Sequence record: ON548432.1
Source of the DNA: Escherichia phage vB_EcoS_SCS92
Length of the DNA stretch: 44,240 nt
Reading direction: 5' to 3' (one strand)
In this document: positions 1-8,725 of the stretch, in pieces
Layout of the letters: every line of letters starts with the position of its first letter
How positions within the stretch are numbered: position 1 is the stretch's first letter
Made by a program: the position numbers and the translations under genes
Notes under the pieces: model-generated
Seen by the model: the letters and a program-made list of their open reading frames with translations, nothing else
Told to the model about the DNA's origin: nothing
The model's database searches: none

Positions 1-513
1 TTAACCCCGGTACACATTAAATGAGAAGCCGTTGTTAAGACCACCACACAGTAACGGGCGTAAGGCGTCGTCAGCGGCGGTAATCGCGGTTGTGGCCCCG
101 CTGTTGCCGTTGTTGAAGTAGGTAACTGTTACCGCACCCTCTACACGCTCGGTCTGCACGGAACGTCCATCGGAGTTAGCCCGAACATCAGTGCCCGCTC
201 CATACGTAACAGCGGCGATTACCTGCGCCCGGATTAACTGCGGTGGGATAACATTATCAGCTACGGTGAAGCCGTTTAGTGTTGTTCCCGTACGTGGGTA
301 CGCCAGGGACTGCTCGGCGGACACACGGCGGCCGCACATCTGCGGTTCTGCAAGCCCGACATAAGTAGCGCCGTTGCGCAAGGCTACTTCGGTGGCCGTA
401 TCGTCTTCCGGTAGCTCAAGGCCATAATTAGCCGCTAACGCGCGGGCGTCGGCCAGGCTAATGTAACTGTCAGCATTAGGGACGATTTCTCCCGTTTCCA
501 CGATTAGCGGCAT
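1..513 (-). CDS. DnaT-like (PF17948-type) phage structural protein, putative head-tail adaptor
   Basis: 170 aa. N-terminus IVETGEIVPNADSYISLADARALAANYG resembles the phage DnaT-like family from memory. Lies in the neck gene block between the capsid genes and the genes at the far end of the window. Confidence 0.4.
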   Translation of the reverse strand: MPLIVETGEIVPNADSYISLADARALAANYGLELPEDDTATEVALRNGATYVGLAEPQMCGRRVSAEQSLAYPRTGTTLNGFTVADNVIPPQLIRAQVIAAVTYGAGTDVRANSDGRSVQTERVEGAVTVTYFNNGNSGATTAITAADDALRPLLCGGLNNGFSFNVYRG

Positions 514-732
514 GAATTATTCCTCTGATTTACGGCGACGACGCTTGGCCCCACCGCCGTTTGTGTGCGCTTCTTCGTTGTCCGGTTGGGTAGTGACCAG
601 TTCATCCGCGTCTACAACACCGCGAACTGGCATCACCTGCCCATCAACAATATCAACGTGGGTGTACTTTTCGCGGATTACATAATTATCTGCCATGACC
701 TTTCCTTATTACGGCCCCGAAGGGCCGTTGTA

Positions 733-1074
733 TTAAGACACAGTTGCTACAGTGCTGCTGGAGATAATATTACCATATGCATCGTGAACAACCACTTTAT
801 ACGTGCCTGAATCAGCGCGAGCAGTGGTGGCTTTGGTGTACGTAGCTGAGGTAGCGCCTGCAATGGCGTTGTTGTTCTTGTACCACTGGTAGGAGTATGG
901 CTCCAGACCGCCAGTTACGGTTACGGTCAGTGTCATAGTTTCCCCTGTGTTTACTGAGGTAGTACTCGCCAGCGCAGATGAGAAAGACGCGGGGGCGATA
1001 TTTGCCATATCGATTTTAGCGCCTACGGTATCGGCTGAAACACCGGTAATGCGACGTTTGATTACATCAACCAT
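733..1074 (-). CDS. Ig-like domain protein, probable virion surface/decoration protein
   Basis: 113 aa. Ig-like motif EPYSYQWYKNN...DSGTYKVVVHD. ATG at 1074 preceded by AAGGGG Shine-Dalgarno. Confidence 0.5.
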   Translation of the reverse strand: MVDVIKRRITGVSADTVGAKIDMANIAPASFSSALASTTSVNTGETMTLTVTVTGGLEPYSYQWYKNNNAIAGATSATYTKATTARADSGTYKVVVHDAYGNIISSSTVATVS

Positions 1075-1086
1075 TTTTAAGCCCCT

Positions 1087-1386
1087 TTAGTTTACAGTTC
1101 CTGCGTTTTTAAGCGCAGTCAACAGATTTGCTACGGTAGTGCGCAGCGCGGTAACATCGGTTCGGAGTTTGTTGTACTCCGCTACAATGGCGTCGAACTC
1201 TTCCTTAGTCGGTGCCGCGGCGGACTGCACCCCGGCAGCGGCAGTAACGGCCGCGGGAGCAGCTACAGTAGCTGACTTTTTAACCCCACCAACTACGCTG
1301 GTAGTAGCAGGCGTGACTGGGATATCAAAGTCACCGAAGTCGACATTCTGAAGGCTGCGCGGCAAGCCTTTTCCGGTCTTAGCCAT
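1087..1386 (-). CDS. hypothetical structural protein (Ala/Thr/Val-rich)
   Basis: 99 aa ORF directly downstream of the major capsid gene. GAGGT Shine-Dalgarno before ATG at 1386. Confidence 0.35.
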   Translation of the reverse strand: MAKTGKGLPRSLQNVDFGDFDIPVTPATTSVVGGVKKSATVAAPAAVTAAAGVQSAAAPTKEEFDAIVAEYNKLRTDVTALRTTVANLLTALKNAGTVN

Positions 1387-1401
1387 AATTTACCTCTTAG
1401 T

Positions 1402-1428
1402 AAATGAAAAGAGGGACCGAAGTCCCTC
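1402..1428 (-). terminator. rho-independent terminator/attenuator after the major capsid gene
   Basis: GAGGGAC-cgaa-GTCCCTC hairpin followed on the minus strand by TTTTCATTT, between the capsid stop (1446) and the next start (1386). Confidence 0.45.
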
Positions 1429-1445
1429 TCGATTATAGCTTAACC

Positions 1446-2495
1446 TTAAGCACCGACACCAGTTACCAGGAAGGCAATCGGTACGTGCTTGCGGTCAACC
1501 ACACGGTTCCAGTTGGAGGAGTTCGCCAGGTCCTGCCAGGAAGCAGAGCGCGGGGTAGTCTCGGTGCCGTTGCCAGTGATTACTGCACTGGTGAAGCTGT
1601 AACCAAACGGATGTAGCAACCAGGTCTTACGGGTCCACAGGGTTTCAACGCCGCCGCCGTTGCCGCGGGACGCTTCGCGCTCGTATTCCAGCGGGTTGGA
1701 CGGAGAACCTTCACCGTAACCGATAGCGCCGTTGCCGAAGATGATGGAGATGAACTTACGGGTCGGGCCAGTGCCGACTACGGTCATGCTGTCGTCAACA
1801 ATCACGCGGTAGCCCTGGTAGGTGGCGAACATGGTGTTGTTGTCCGCGTCACGGATGAAGTCGATAAGCTGCTGCTTACGTGCCTGCGCATAAACGAAGC
1901 TGTGCATCGCGATAGCACCTAACACTTCACCGCCGTTACCAATCAGAGCGTCACCCATAGTCTGTGTAGCATCGATGAACGCACCGGGGTCGAAGCCCAG
2001 AGTAGCGGACACGTCAATTACCATGTCGTTCCGCTCGTGGTAGGCATCGGTAGCGGCTACGTTGTCGTTGTACAGGCCAAGCGCGGTAGCAATCAGACGG
2101 CGTTGTGCCTGACGCTGCCAGAAGTTATCCAGACGTGACGCTACGGATTGCAGCGGGTTCTGGCTGGTCAGTTCAACGGTCAAATCCGCCTGACCGAAAC
2201 CTTCGTTCAGGTACGCAACGCGCGCCATCATCTCGCCGGTCTGCACGTTACGCGGGGTGGCGATGTCCTGGTATACGTCGTTCGAGTAGTTCGGCTCGAT
2301 AGAGGTATCAATCGCTTTCCAGAAAGGAATATTAGCGACGTTGGACGGGCCGCGGGCAATCTCGGCGGCGTATGGGGTCGGGGTGAGAATACCAGACTGG
2401 AAGAACGCGGTTTTTTCTACCGGGTCCTCGGTCATATAAGACGCCAGGACCGGGATGTTGCCAGTTACGATATCGCCGATAGTGGTAATTGCCAT
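1446..2495 (-). CDS. major capsid protein
   Basis: 349 aa. Directly downstream of the scaffold gene and followed by an attenuator hairpin. Size and position are typical of an HK97-fold capsid protein; the call is by position, not by a recognised motif. Confidence 0.7.
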   Translation of the reverse strand: MAITTIGDIVTGNIPVLASYMTEDPVEKTAFFQSGILTPTPYAAEIARGPSNVANIPFWKAIDTSIEPNYSNDVYQDIATPRNVQTGEMMARVAYLNEGFGQADLTVELTSQNPLQSVASRLDNFWQRQAQRRLIATALGLYNDNVAATDAYHERNDMVIDVSATLGFDPGAFIDATQTMGDALIGNGGEVLGAIAMHSFVYAQARKQQLIDFIRDADNNTMFATYQGYRVIVDDSMTVVGTGPTRKFISIIFGNGAIGYGEGSPSNPLEYEREASRGNGGGVETLWTRKTWLLHPFGYSFTSAVITGNGTETTPRSASWQDLANSSNWNRVVDRKHVPIAFLVTGVGA

Positions 2496-2497
2496 TA

Positions 2498-3199
2498 TTA
2501 TTTCCTCAGGGCTTTAAGTTGCCGTTCAAATTCGGCAGGGTTCGATTTATACAGGGCTAAACGCTCTGCTTCACTCATGTCTTTAAACGCTGGTGCGGCC
2601 CCGCCGCCTTTGCTACCGGAAGCCCCGCCGCCGGAAGCTGCATTTGCTTTAATCAAATGCGAAAACGCTTTGTGCTCTCGCAGGTATTTGCGGAACTGTT
2701 CCGGGTCAGTCGTGATTACGTTACCGTCTGCGCCGACAAACTTAGTAACCACATCATCACCTTCGAACTCAGTCTTAACGAACGGCGCAAGGATGTCCAC
2801 TGCTTCCGGGGTAATAAAGTCACCCGCGAAAGAGCCTAGCACCGCTTTACGTTCGCTGCCGAGGATGCGCTCTGCCATTTTGGAGATGCGGCCATCTTTC
2901 TCGGCTAACACCGGGTCATACTGGCTACGAATCGTCTTTTCAAACTCGTCCATCTTACCGGCGGCCTTTAACGCCTCCTGGTGCGCACGCTGCCGTTCTT
3001 CTTCGGCCTCTTTTGCTTTACGGGCGGCTTCTTTCTTCTCCGCCAGCAATGCTTCCTGATTGGCCTTAAGCCCGGCAACTTCTTTCTCAATCAGCGCCTG
3101 AACTTCTTCAGCGGTGAACATTTTAGGAGCGTCACCGCCACCAGCTTTATCTTCTGCTCCAGCTTCTTCCTGGAACGGATAACGTAAAAAACGATTCAT
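2498..3199 (-). CDS. scaffolding protein
   Basis: Charged, helical, coiled-coil-like sequence (EEVQALIEKEVAGLKANQEALLAEKKEAARKAKEAEEERQRAHQEALKAAGK) immediately upstream of the capsid gene. Likely ATG at 3199 (MNRFLRYP); the track extends to 3253. Confidence 0.55.
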   Translation of the reverse strand: MNRFLRYPFQEEAGAEDKAGGGDAPKMFTAEEVQALIEKEVAGLKANQEALLAEKKEAARKAKEAEEERQRAHQEALKAAGKMDEFEKTIRSQYDPVLAEKDGRISKMAERILGSERKAVLGSFAGDFITPEAVDILAPFVKTEFEGDDVVTKFVGADGNVITTDPEQFRKYLREHKAFSHLIKANAASGGGASGSKGGGAAPAFKDMSEAERLALYKSNPAEFERQLKALRK

Positions 3200-3281
3200 A
3201 GTCAGTATGTCCCCTGGACGTTGGAATCCGGGCCACCCGGATTTACATGTCAAGAATAAATTATTCCAACATGCAAGGCAA

Positions 3282-3545
3282 CTATTCCAGAATATTCCTC
3301 ACGTAATCCTGCAACATGAACACTTTCAGTCTCAGTTGCCGTACGCATTCGGCGTTCTGAACGTCGATAGCTAAATCCTCGTCCGCGTCACTACTTGGTG
3401 GCGCCAGCTTGCACGGCGGCTGCATCATCGTCGTATCCGGGGATGGAATTGGCGTTGGCGACGGCGCGGGACTTGAGCTGCACGCGCTCAGGGTCAAAAG
3501 TGCACACGCTGCGACCTGGCGTTTTAATGTATTTAACGACTTCAC
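3282..3545 (-). CDS. o-spanin (Rz1-like outer-membrane lipoprotein)
   Basis: 87 aa. Signal peptide with lipobox-like LTLSAC, proline-rich mature part. Overlaps the 3' part of the i-spanin gene in another frame. Confidence 0.5.
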   Translation of the reverse strand: MKSLNTLKRQVAACALLTLSACSSSPAPSPTPIPSPDTTMMQPPCKLAPPSSDADEDLAIDVQNAECVRQLRLKVFMLQDYVRNILE

Positions 3546-3777
3546 GGGTAATCACCTCTGATTTCGTCTTGCCTTCGTTGTCAGCGGCGGCGGCCTTTGA
3601 TTCGTCCTGCTGCTGCCGTTGTGTTTTCTTCGCTAACTCAGCCTGCGCTTTCTGCTGTTGCTGCGAAACGAGATTCGCCCGGCCTTCGTTCCAGCCGCTG
3701 CGATACTGGTAGATGCCGTGGGCGTAAGCCAGGATGATGAAACATGCTCCTGCTACGACAGTTGCTTTAAGATTCAT
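3391..3777 (-). CDS. i-spanin (Rz-like)
   Basis: 128 aa. N-terminal transmembrane segment (VVAGACFIILAYAHGIY) followed by a Gln/Ala/Lys-rich coiled coil. AAAGGGGAAAC precedes the ATG. Confidence 0.55.
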   Translation of the reverse strand: MNLKATVVAGACFIILAYAHGIYQYRSGWNEGRANLVSQQQQKAQAELAKKTQRQQQDESKAAAADNEGKTKSEVITREVVKYIKTPGRSVCTFDPERVQLKSRAVANANSIPGYDDDAAAVQAGATK

Positions 3778-4028
3778 GTTTCCCCTTTCTCGATAAGTAA
3801 AGCCCCGCCTTAAAGCGGGGCGCTAGTCCTTATCATTTAAACATAGAAACGGCGTAATCTCAGTAAACCCGTTACTTTTTACACAAGCAATAGAGTATGG
3901 CCCTTCCGAACGCGTCAGCGTAACTACACTCAGGACTTACGTCCCGCTCCGTTACCTGCCCGCGCCGCGGTCGCTTGTTCATACTTCACAAGCTCAGGTG
4001 GAGCTTAGCACATTTTTAGTGAAAAGTC

Positions 4029-4044
4029 AACTATTCGAATAGTT
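4029..4044. repeat. perfect 16-bp palindrome AACTATTCGAATAGTT
   Basis: Read directly. Sits in a 375-bp ORF-free region and overlaps a TTGACT hexamer on the minus strand. Confidence 0.6.
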
Positions 4045-4096
4045 TATTCCAACATTTACAATTGAGTGGAATAACTGGAATACGTAAATAAATAGT

Positions 4097-4125
4097 TTGC
4101 ACACACCAATATAATAGGGTACTAT
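4097..4125 (+). promoter_or_regulatory. sigma70-like promoter (TTGCAC-N17-TACTAT class) with embedded AATAG-N4-CTATT palindrome
   Basis: TTGCAC at 4097-4102, 17-bp spacer, TACTAT at 4120-4125, about 28 bp upstream of a gene with an AGGAGGTG Shine-Dalgarno. Near-identical copies at 38905, 15547(-) and 16739(-). Confidence 0.5.
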
Positions 4126-4152
4126 TCATTTAACTTAAACAGGAGGTGAAAA

Positions 4153-4356
4153 ATGTATGCAATTTGCGAAGTAGTTCAAGAGTTCGATGAAGAGTTCGAC
4201 GGTGACTTGTGCCGGGTTAAAAAGGTTCTGCAGGTTTTCCCTGACGCAATGTCTGCTTACAAGGCATTAGATATATTTGAACCTGGAAGATACGGGGATT
4301 ATGACACTGTTCTGAGGGTTGTCCATGAGCAGGATTTAAACACAAGATTCCGTTGA
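4153..4356 (+). CDS. hypothetical acidic 67-aa protein (opposite-strand moron in the head gene block)
   Basis: Strong AGGAGGTG Shine-Dalgarno 7 bp before the ATG, own promoter and a downstream hairpin. No recognisable domain. Confidence 0.55.
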   Translation: MYAICEVVQEFDEEFDGDLCRVKKVLQVFPDAMSAYKALDIFEPGRYGDYDTVLRVVHEQDLNTRFR

Positions 4357-4380
4357 AAAATAAAGCCCCATTTCGGGGCC
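4353..4380. terminator. terminator hairpin between convergent genes (stronger on minus strand)
   Basis: GCCCC-atttc-GGGGC stem; the minus-strand RNA is followed by TTTATTTTTC. Lies between the 4356 stop (+) and the 4386 stop (-). Confidence 0.4.
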
Positions 4381-4385
4381 TCTTA

Positions 4386-4847
4386 TCATTCGGGCTTAAT
4401 AACCTTCGCCGCTTTACTGAAGGCCTCTACTCCATCGGCATCGGTAACTTTAACGAAGTATTCGCCGACCGCATTAACCGTCAGAGACAGAGCCTCTGCA
4501 GGGGCGTTTACCACTTCCTTACCGTCTTTGTACCAGGTCAGAGAATACGGCGCTTTGCCTGCCTTAACCTCGACAGTGATGGTTGCGCTGCCGCCCGCCA
4601 GTTCAGCGTCCTGCGGTTGCGCAGAGAAATACACGTCGCCAGCGTCCGCCAGATACGGAATTTCATAAAGCATACCGGCGGCGGGCAACGCAATACCGGT
4701 TTTATCTGCAAACGGCATATCATCTACCGGTGTACCGAGTACACTTTCGTCCTCAATAAATACCACGTTCTCGCCAGAGCCAGACACGCGGGCGTACTGG
4801 ACTACGCGACGAGACGGTACGTCAGTTACTTTGAAAAAGCCCATCAT
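4386..4847 (-). CDS. Ig-like domain protein (second copy), putative virion accessory protein
   Basis: 153 aa. C-terminal Ig-like motif APYSLTWYKDGKEV...GEYFVKVTDADG. Confidence 0.5.
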   Translation of the reverse strand: MMGFFKVTDVPSRRVVQYARVSGSGENVVFIEDESVLGTPVDDMPFADKTGIALPAAGMLYEIPYLADAGDVYFSAQPQDAELAGGSATITVEVKAGKAPYSLTWYKDGKEVVNAPAEALSLTVNAVGEYFVKVTDADGVEAFSKAAKVIKPE

Positions 4848-5890
4848 TATTCCCCTTTCAGATAATCAGCAACACGTTTATCGAGTTCCGCCATCTGCTT
4901 AAGCGTGAGCGGATTCCCGAAACCATCTACAGATATTACGCGAAACTCTTCCGGCGATATACCGCTGTTACGGAAAATCTTACCTCGCACCGGGCCGAGC
5001 GCCTGGTCCTGAAACCATGCTGGTTGTTGTTTCAGGAACTCGTAATATGTTGTGTCCGCGCTTACCTGAGTGCCGCCGTCAGCGCCCTTAGCCGCCCGTT
5101 TTGCGCCTTTATCGAGGAAGTCGAACTCTGAACTGATTACCGGAGCCGTGCACGACCGACAATTCGGATGGGCTGGGGGTGTCGGCCCTTTACCGATTTC
5201 CCACGTCATTCCGTCTCTGGCCCTGCAAATAGCGCTGGTACGGCTATCCAGCGTAGACACCCATTCATATTTCTCGATGATGTCGTCGTTCTGGCGGTAT
5301 GTCTCGTTGCGGGCTTCGTTGGATACGTGAGACAGCGCGGTGCGTATTACTGTAGCTGCGTTACGTTCTGAGATGTCAGCCAGCCCGCCCGCGCCTACGA
5401 CATTCTTAACAATCTGCCGTGTTGTCTGGCCTTGTACAAAGCCCATCTTAACGCCGGTTACAAGACGTGCTACTTCCGTTTCACCCCAGCCGTCCATCAG
5501 CTTAGTGAAATCAACGGGCTTGTCACTCAACGATAATGGCTGAAACTCGGCAGCAGCCCACACCTGTTCAGCGGTAGGTGTAACAAATTCCGCGTCTACG
5601 TTGGCGGTCAGTGTCTTTACGTTCCACTCAGCCTCGTACGCCGCCAGTTCCTTAAGGTCGTCTGTCAGCTTTGTCTGCCAGTCGCCCGTAATCCCTGTCA
5701 GTGCTTCTTCAAGGTCCCGTAACAGTTTATTCAGCCGCGCAGTGCTTCGCCCGTCGTCGCCGAATAACAGCACCTGCCGTTTGATTTCATCCCGCATCTC
5801 CTGAATGAACGGTGTGAGGTCTTTCACCTCACCGGATGCGGTGCGTTGCAGCCATATCTGATGGCTGATGAGGGATGTAAGTAAGCTCAT
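4847..5890 (-). CDS. head morphogenesis protein (Mu F / SPP1 gp7-like)
   Basis: 347 aa, directly downstream of the portal gene. Phage Mu F-like signature region (STLDSRTSAICRARDG). Confidence 0.7.
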   Translation of the reverse strand: MSLLTSLISHQIWLQRTASGEVKDLTPFIQEMRDEIKRQVLLFGDDGRSTARLNKLLRDLEEALTGITGDWQTKLTDDLKELAAYEAEWNVKTLTANVDAEFVTPTAEQVWAAAEFQPLSLSDKPVDFTKLMDGWGETEVARLVTGVKMGFVQGQTTRQIVKNVVGAGGLADISERNAATVIRTALSHVSNEARNETYRQNDDIIEKYEWVSTLDSRTSAICRARDGMTWEIGKGPTPPAHPNCRSCTAPVISSEFDFLDKGAKRAAKGADGGTQVSADTTYYEFLKQQPAWFQDQALGPVRGKIFRNSGISPEEFRVISVDGFGNPLTLKQMAELDKRVADYLKGE

Positions 5891-5924
5891 AGATCAACCC
5901 TGTGGCGCTAAAGTTAATAGCATA

Positions 5925-5949
5925 CTATAAGAAAGCCCCTTTCGGGGCT
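5925..5949 (-). terminator. hairpin (attenuator-like) between portal and head morphogenesis genes
   Basis: AGCCCC-tttc-GGGGCT stem; the minus-strand RNA continues with TTTCTTAT. Confidence 0.3.
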
Positions 5950-5959
5950 ATAGGTGAAC

Positions 5960-7441
5960 TTACTGCTGAGTGGTGTCCTGTTGCTGCGCCGACTGCGGAA
6001 TCTCTCCCGCTACCTGAGCAACAGAACCCAACGGCAGAGGTGCGTCTTCAATAGCGTTCTGAATGTCCTCATCTGTCCAGTCAGTCACACCTGCCTTGCG
6101 CAACGCAGCATAGTAAGCGGTGGCGGGTAGCAGGCCAGCGTTAATATCCGCCATCCACTGAGCGCGGTCCTGAGCTGTCATAGGTTGCAGGAAGAATTCC
6201 ATATTCAGCTTGAACTCAATCTCAGTATCTTCACTAAGCCCAAGCATACCCGCAACCCAGCGCAACGCATCGGTATACGCCATGCTTACATTACGTGCTA
6301 TTGTTGCCATGACTGACGTGTCGGCGCCGCGTTGCAGGCGGGCCGATTCCGCGGTGATTTGCTGCGTCGGGGTGATAAGCTGCGCGCCAATCTGGATGGC
6401 CTGATTCTCTTTATCCAGCATATTCTGTTTGGCGAGGTTAGTTTCCGCCGCCTGAACCAGAAACGCATTTCCGCCGGAGCCGATGTTGTGGCCTGAACGC
6501 GACCCCATGCGTATGCCGTGTGGGTTGGCTTCTTTCCACTGCTCCATGCTCATGTTCTCGCCGGGGGCAATGAACAGTGTCGGTTGACCTACTATAAAGC
6601 TGGCCTCTTCCACATCGGCCGAATTTCTGAAGTGTCCTATATTTAGCTCAGCTAACGGCAGTAAAGGCGCATCGTCTATAGTGGCGTCGTTGTTGCTTGC
6701 GCCAATGAACGTGAACGGGATTTTACCGCGCAACTGTTCGCCGAGTTCCGGGAAGATTTCGATTACTTCATCCTGTGCACCACCTTCGGCATCGAAGCGG
6801 TAGATGCGCTGGCGGTAGCGACCGTCAATCAGGTCAAGGACGCGGTATTGCTCGCCGAATTTTGTTTCAAACTCAGCGCCTGGTTCCGAGTATTCCCACA
6901 CCTCACGTAACACGACCATCGTCACACGGTTCACTGAGCCGATGCGGGTCAGTCGCCAGTTGATGATGTTCTCAGCAGTGTAGAATGCAATGACCGGGTT
7001 TAGTAACCCCGCGTTCTGTTCGGCTGCCGTTGCCGCGGCTGTCTCCGGGGCGTCCACCAGCAACCCGCCACGACCCACCGAATCAATCTCCATTAGCGTA
7101 TCCTGTGCGTGCTGCCACAGCCCGACACCAGAACCGTCCGCGTTACGTAACAGGTACTCCAGTTCAGGCGGTATAATCTGCTCGGGGTCTTTGCGCATCA
7201 CTGACCCGACCATCCCCGCCAGCGTTCTCTTGGTGAAGTTGTAACAGATAGCGCCGTTCTCGTATTCTTCCTGGCGCTGTGCCGCGTAGGTCGGGTCCGG
7301 CTCATTCTTCCCAACGTTGCGCAGATAGCGGATAAGGTCGCCTTCCAGCGCGTGGCGCACCTTCTGCCATTTATCGAAGTGGTGCAGCCATTCCCGGTGT
7401 TTTGTCTTAACACCCTGATTCTGACCGTTCATAGTTAACAT
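5960..7441 (-). CDS. portal protein
   Basis: 493 aa, immediately downstream of the terminase large subunit. Size, acidic C-terminal tail and position are typical of a portal. Confidence 0.75.
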   Translation of the reverse strand: MLTMNGQNQGVKTKHREWLHHFDKWQKVRHALEGDLIRYLRNVGKNEPDPTYAAQRQEEYENGAICYNFTKRTLAGMVGSVMRKDPEQIIPPELEYLLRNADGSGVGLWQHAQDTLMEIDSVGRGGLLVDAPETAAATAAEQNAGLLNPVIAFYTAENIINWRLTRIGSVNRVTMVVLREVWEYSEPGAEFETKFGEQYRVLDLIDGRYRQRIYRFDAEGGAQDEVIEIFPELGEQLRGKIPFTFIGASNNDATIDDAPLLPLAELNIGHFRNSADVEEASFIVGQPTLFIAPGENMSMEQWKEANPHGIRMGSRSGHNIGSGGNAFLVQAAETNLAKQNMLDKENQAIQIGAQLITPTQQITAESARLQRGADTSVMATIARNVSMAYTDALRWVAGMLGLSEDTEIEFKLNMEFFLQPMTAQDRAQWMADINAGLLPATAYYAALRKAGVTDWTDEDIQNAIEDAPLPLGSVAQVAGEIPQSAQQQDTTQQ

Positions 7442-7453
7442 TGAATAATCCTC

Positions 7454-8725
7454 TTAAAGTGCGAAAGTCACCGGGACATTAATAACTGGTTTGCGAATCG
7501 GCATTTCATACGCGATAGGATATGTGGTCCCGTCGTTCTGGTGGTCCACACCACCCGATTTATCCGGTTCGCCGTTCTTGTCGTAAGCCTGTTGCTCAAG
7601 GCATCGCGCCGTAACCGGGCATGCCTGCTCATTAATCATGACCATACCAGATTCAAGCGCCTTGTTCATTGCTGATACGCGGTCTTTAACCGGCGGGTTT
7701 GTTGATTTGGCGCGTACTTCGAAACCGGCCTGCTGTAACTGAGCGATGTCTGAGGTACTGGCGTTGTTGCTTTTACGGTTTTTGCCGCTGGCGTCCGGGT
7801 ACATAACGATATAGTGGCCCTTACTTTTCCATCGCTCAGTTATGGCCCGCACTACGTCAGGCGTATCGAACATATCAACCAACTCGGCAACAGCGTGCCA
7901 GACCTTACCGCGTTGCACGTAAACCGTGCTCGCCATGTGACCTACGTTAAAGTCCTGCCCAATATACAGAGTCTCGCCGGGATTGATTGTTTCGCGACTG
8001 CTGTTTTTCCTGCGGTCGTAAGCATAGTATACCGTTCCGGACGTGAGGTTTACGAACTTGCCGTCGATGTAGGCGTCAATCAACTGACCTGGGTATGTGT
8101 CGCGTAACGACTGCACATAATCTTCTGGCAGGAACGGGTTAGACAGGGTGGACGCCTGAATCATCTCGTAGCCTGGATTCTTTTTGACTACCCAGCGGTC
8201 ATGTACGAAACGGAATCCTTCCGGGGTAGTGAACACGGAAACGGTATTAGCAGGTTTCGGTGTAATAGGTTTATATGTCCGCGGCAACTGGCGGTTACGG
8301 GCGATGACTTTGTTCCACGCGTGCTCGGCGTGCTCCATGTTAAGGGTGTCCAACTCGTCGATTTTCGCACGAAACGATTCGTAGCCAACGATTCTTGCTG
8401 GATTATCAAGTGTACGCAGAACAAAATCCCCAAATTGTCCGGAAGACGTATAGATTATGTTGTCAGACTTGTTGTATTTGTACCGGATACCCCAGTCGGT
8501 GAGCTTTTCTTCCATACGCGGTGCAAGGATGAGGCGCACCAGGTCATAGGTCGGCTCATACATGGCGATGATAGAATCGCTACCACCTTCCATGCTGTCG
8601 AGTAGTGCAGAGTTGCACATAACTTCGGATTTACCCGTACCGAAGCCAGCTACGAATGCCGGAAACTTGCAATGCATACCGAGAAACGCGCCTTGCGGCT
8701 CCGTTGCCGTGATATTAACGTTCAC
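7454..8725 (-). CDS. terminase large subunit
   Basis: 423 aa. Walker A-like FVAGFGTGKS near the N-terminus and a C-terminal nuclease-like region; sits between the small subunit and portal genes. Confidence 0.85.
   Translation of the reverse strand: MNVNITATEPQGAFLGMHCKFPAFVAGFGTGKSEVMCNSALLDSMEGGSDSIIAMYEPTYDLVRLILAPRMEEKLTDWGIRYKYNKSDNIIYTSSGQFGDFVLRTLDNPARIVGYESFRAKIDELDTLNMEHAEHAWNKVIARNRQLPRTYKPITPKPANTVSVFTTPEGFRFVHDRWVVKKNPGYEMIQASTLSNPFLPEDYVQSLRDTYPGQLIDAYIDGKFVNLTSGTVYYAYDRRKNSSRETINPGETLYIGQDFNVGHMASTVYVQRGKVWHAVAELVDMFDTPDVVRAITERWKSKGHYIVMYPDASGKNRKSNNASTSDIAQLQQAGFEVRAKSTNPPVKDRVSAMNKALESGMVMINEQACPVTARCLEQQAYDKNGEPDKSGGVDHQNDGTTYPIAYEMPIRKPVINVPVTFAL

Noticed and set aside
2148-3059. 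303-aa plus-strand ORF
   Set aside because: It lies antisense to the well-supported capsid and scaffold genes, has a low-complexity Ser/Arg/Ala-rich translation and no ribosome-binding site. It is a typical shadow ORF.
4097-4125. Reading the class 1 TATAAT-containing elements as minus-strand promoters
   Set aside because: On the minus strand the -35 position is poor. On the plus strand they give TTGCAC-N17-TACTAT and sit directly upstream of plus-strand genes with strong ribosome-binding sites (4153 and 38962). The same holds in mirror image for the copies at 15547 and 16739.
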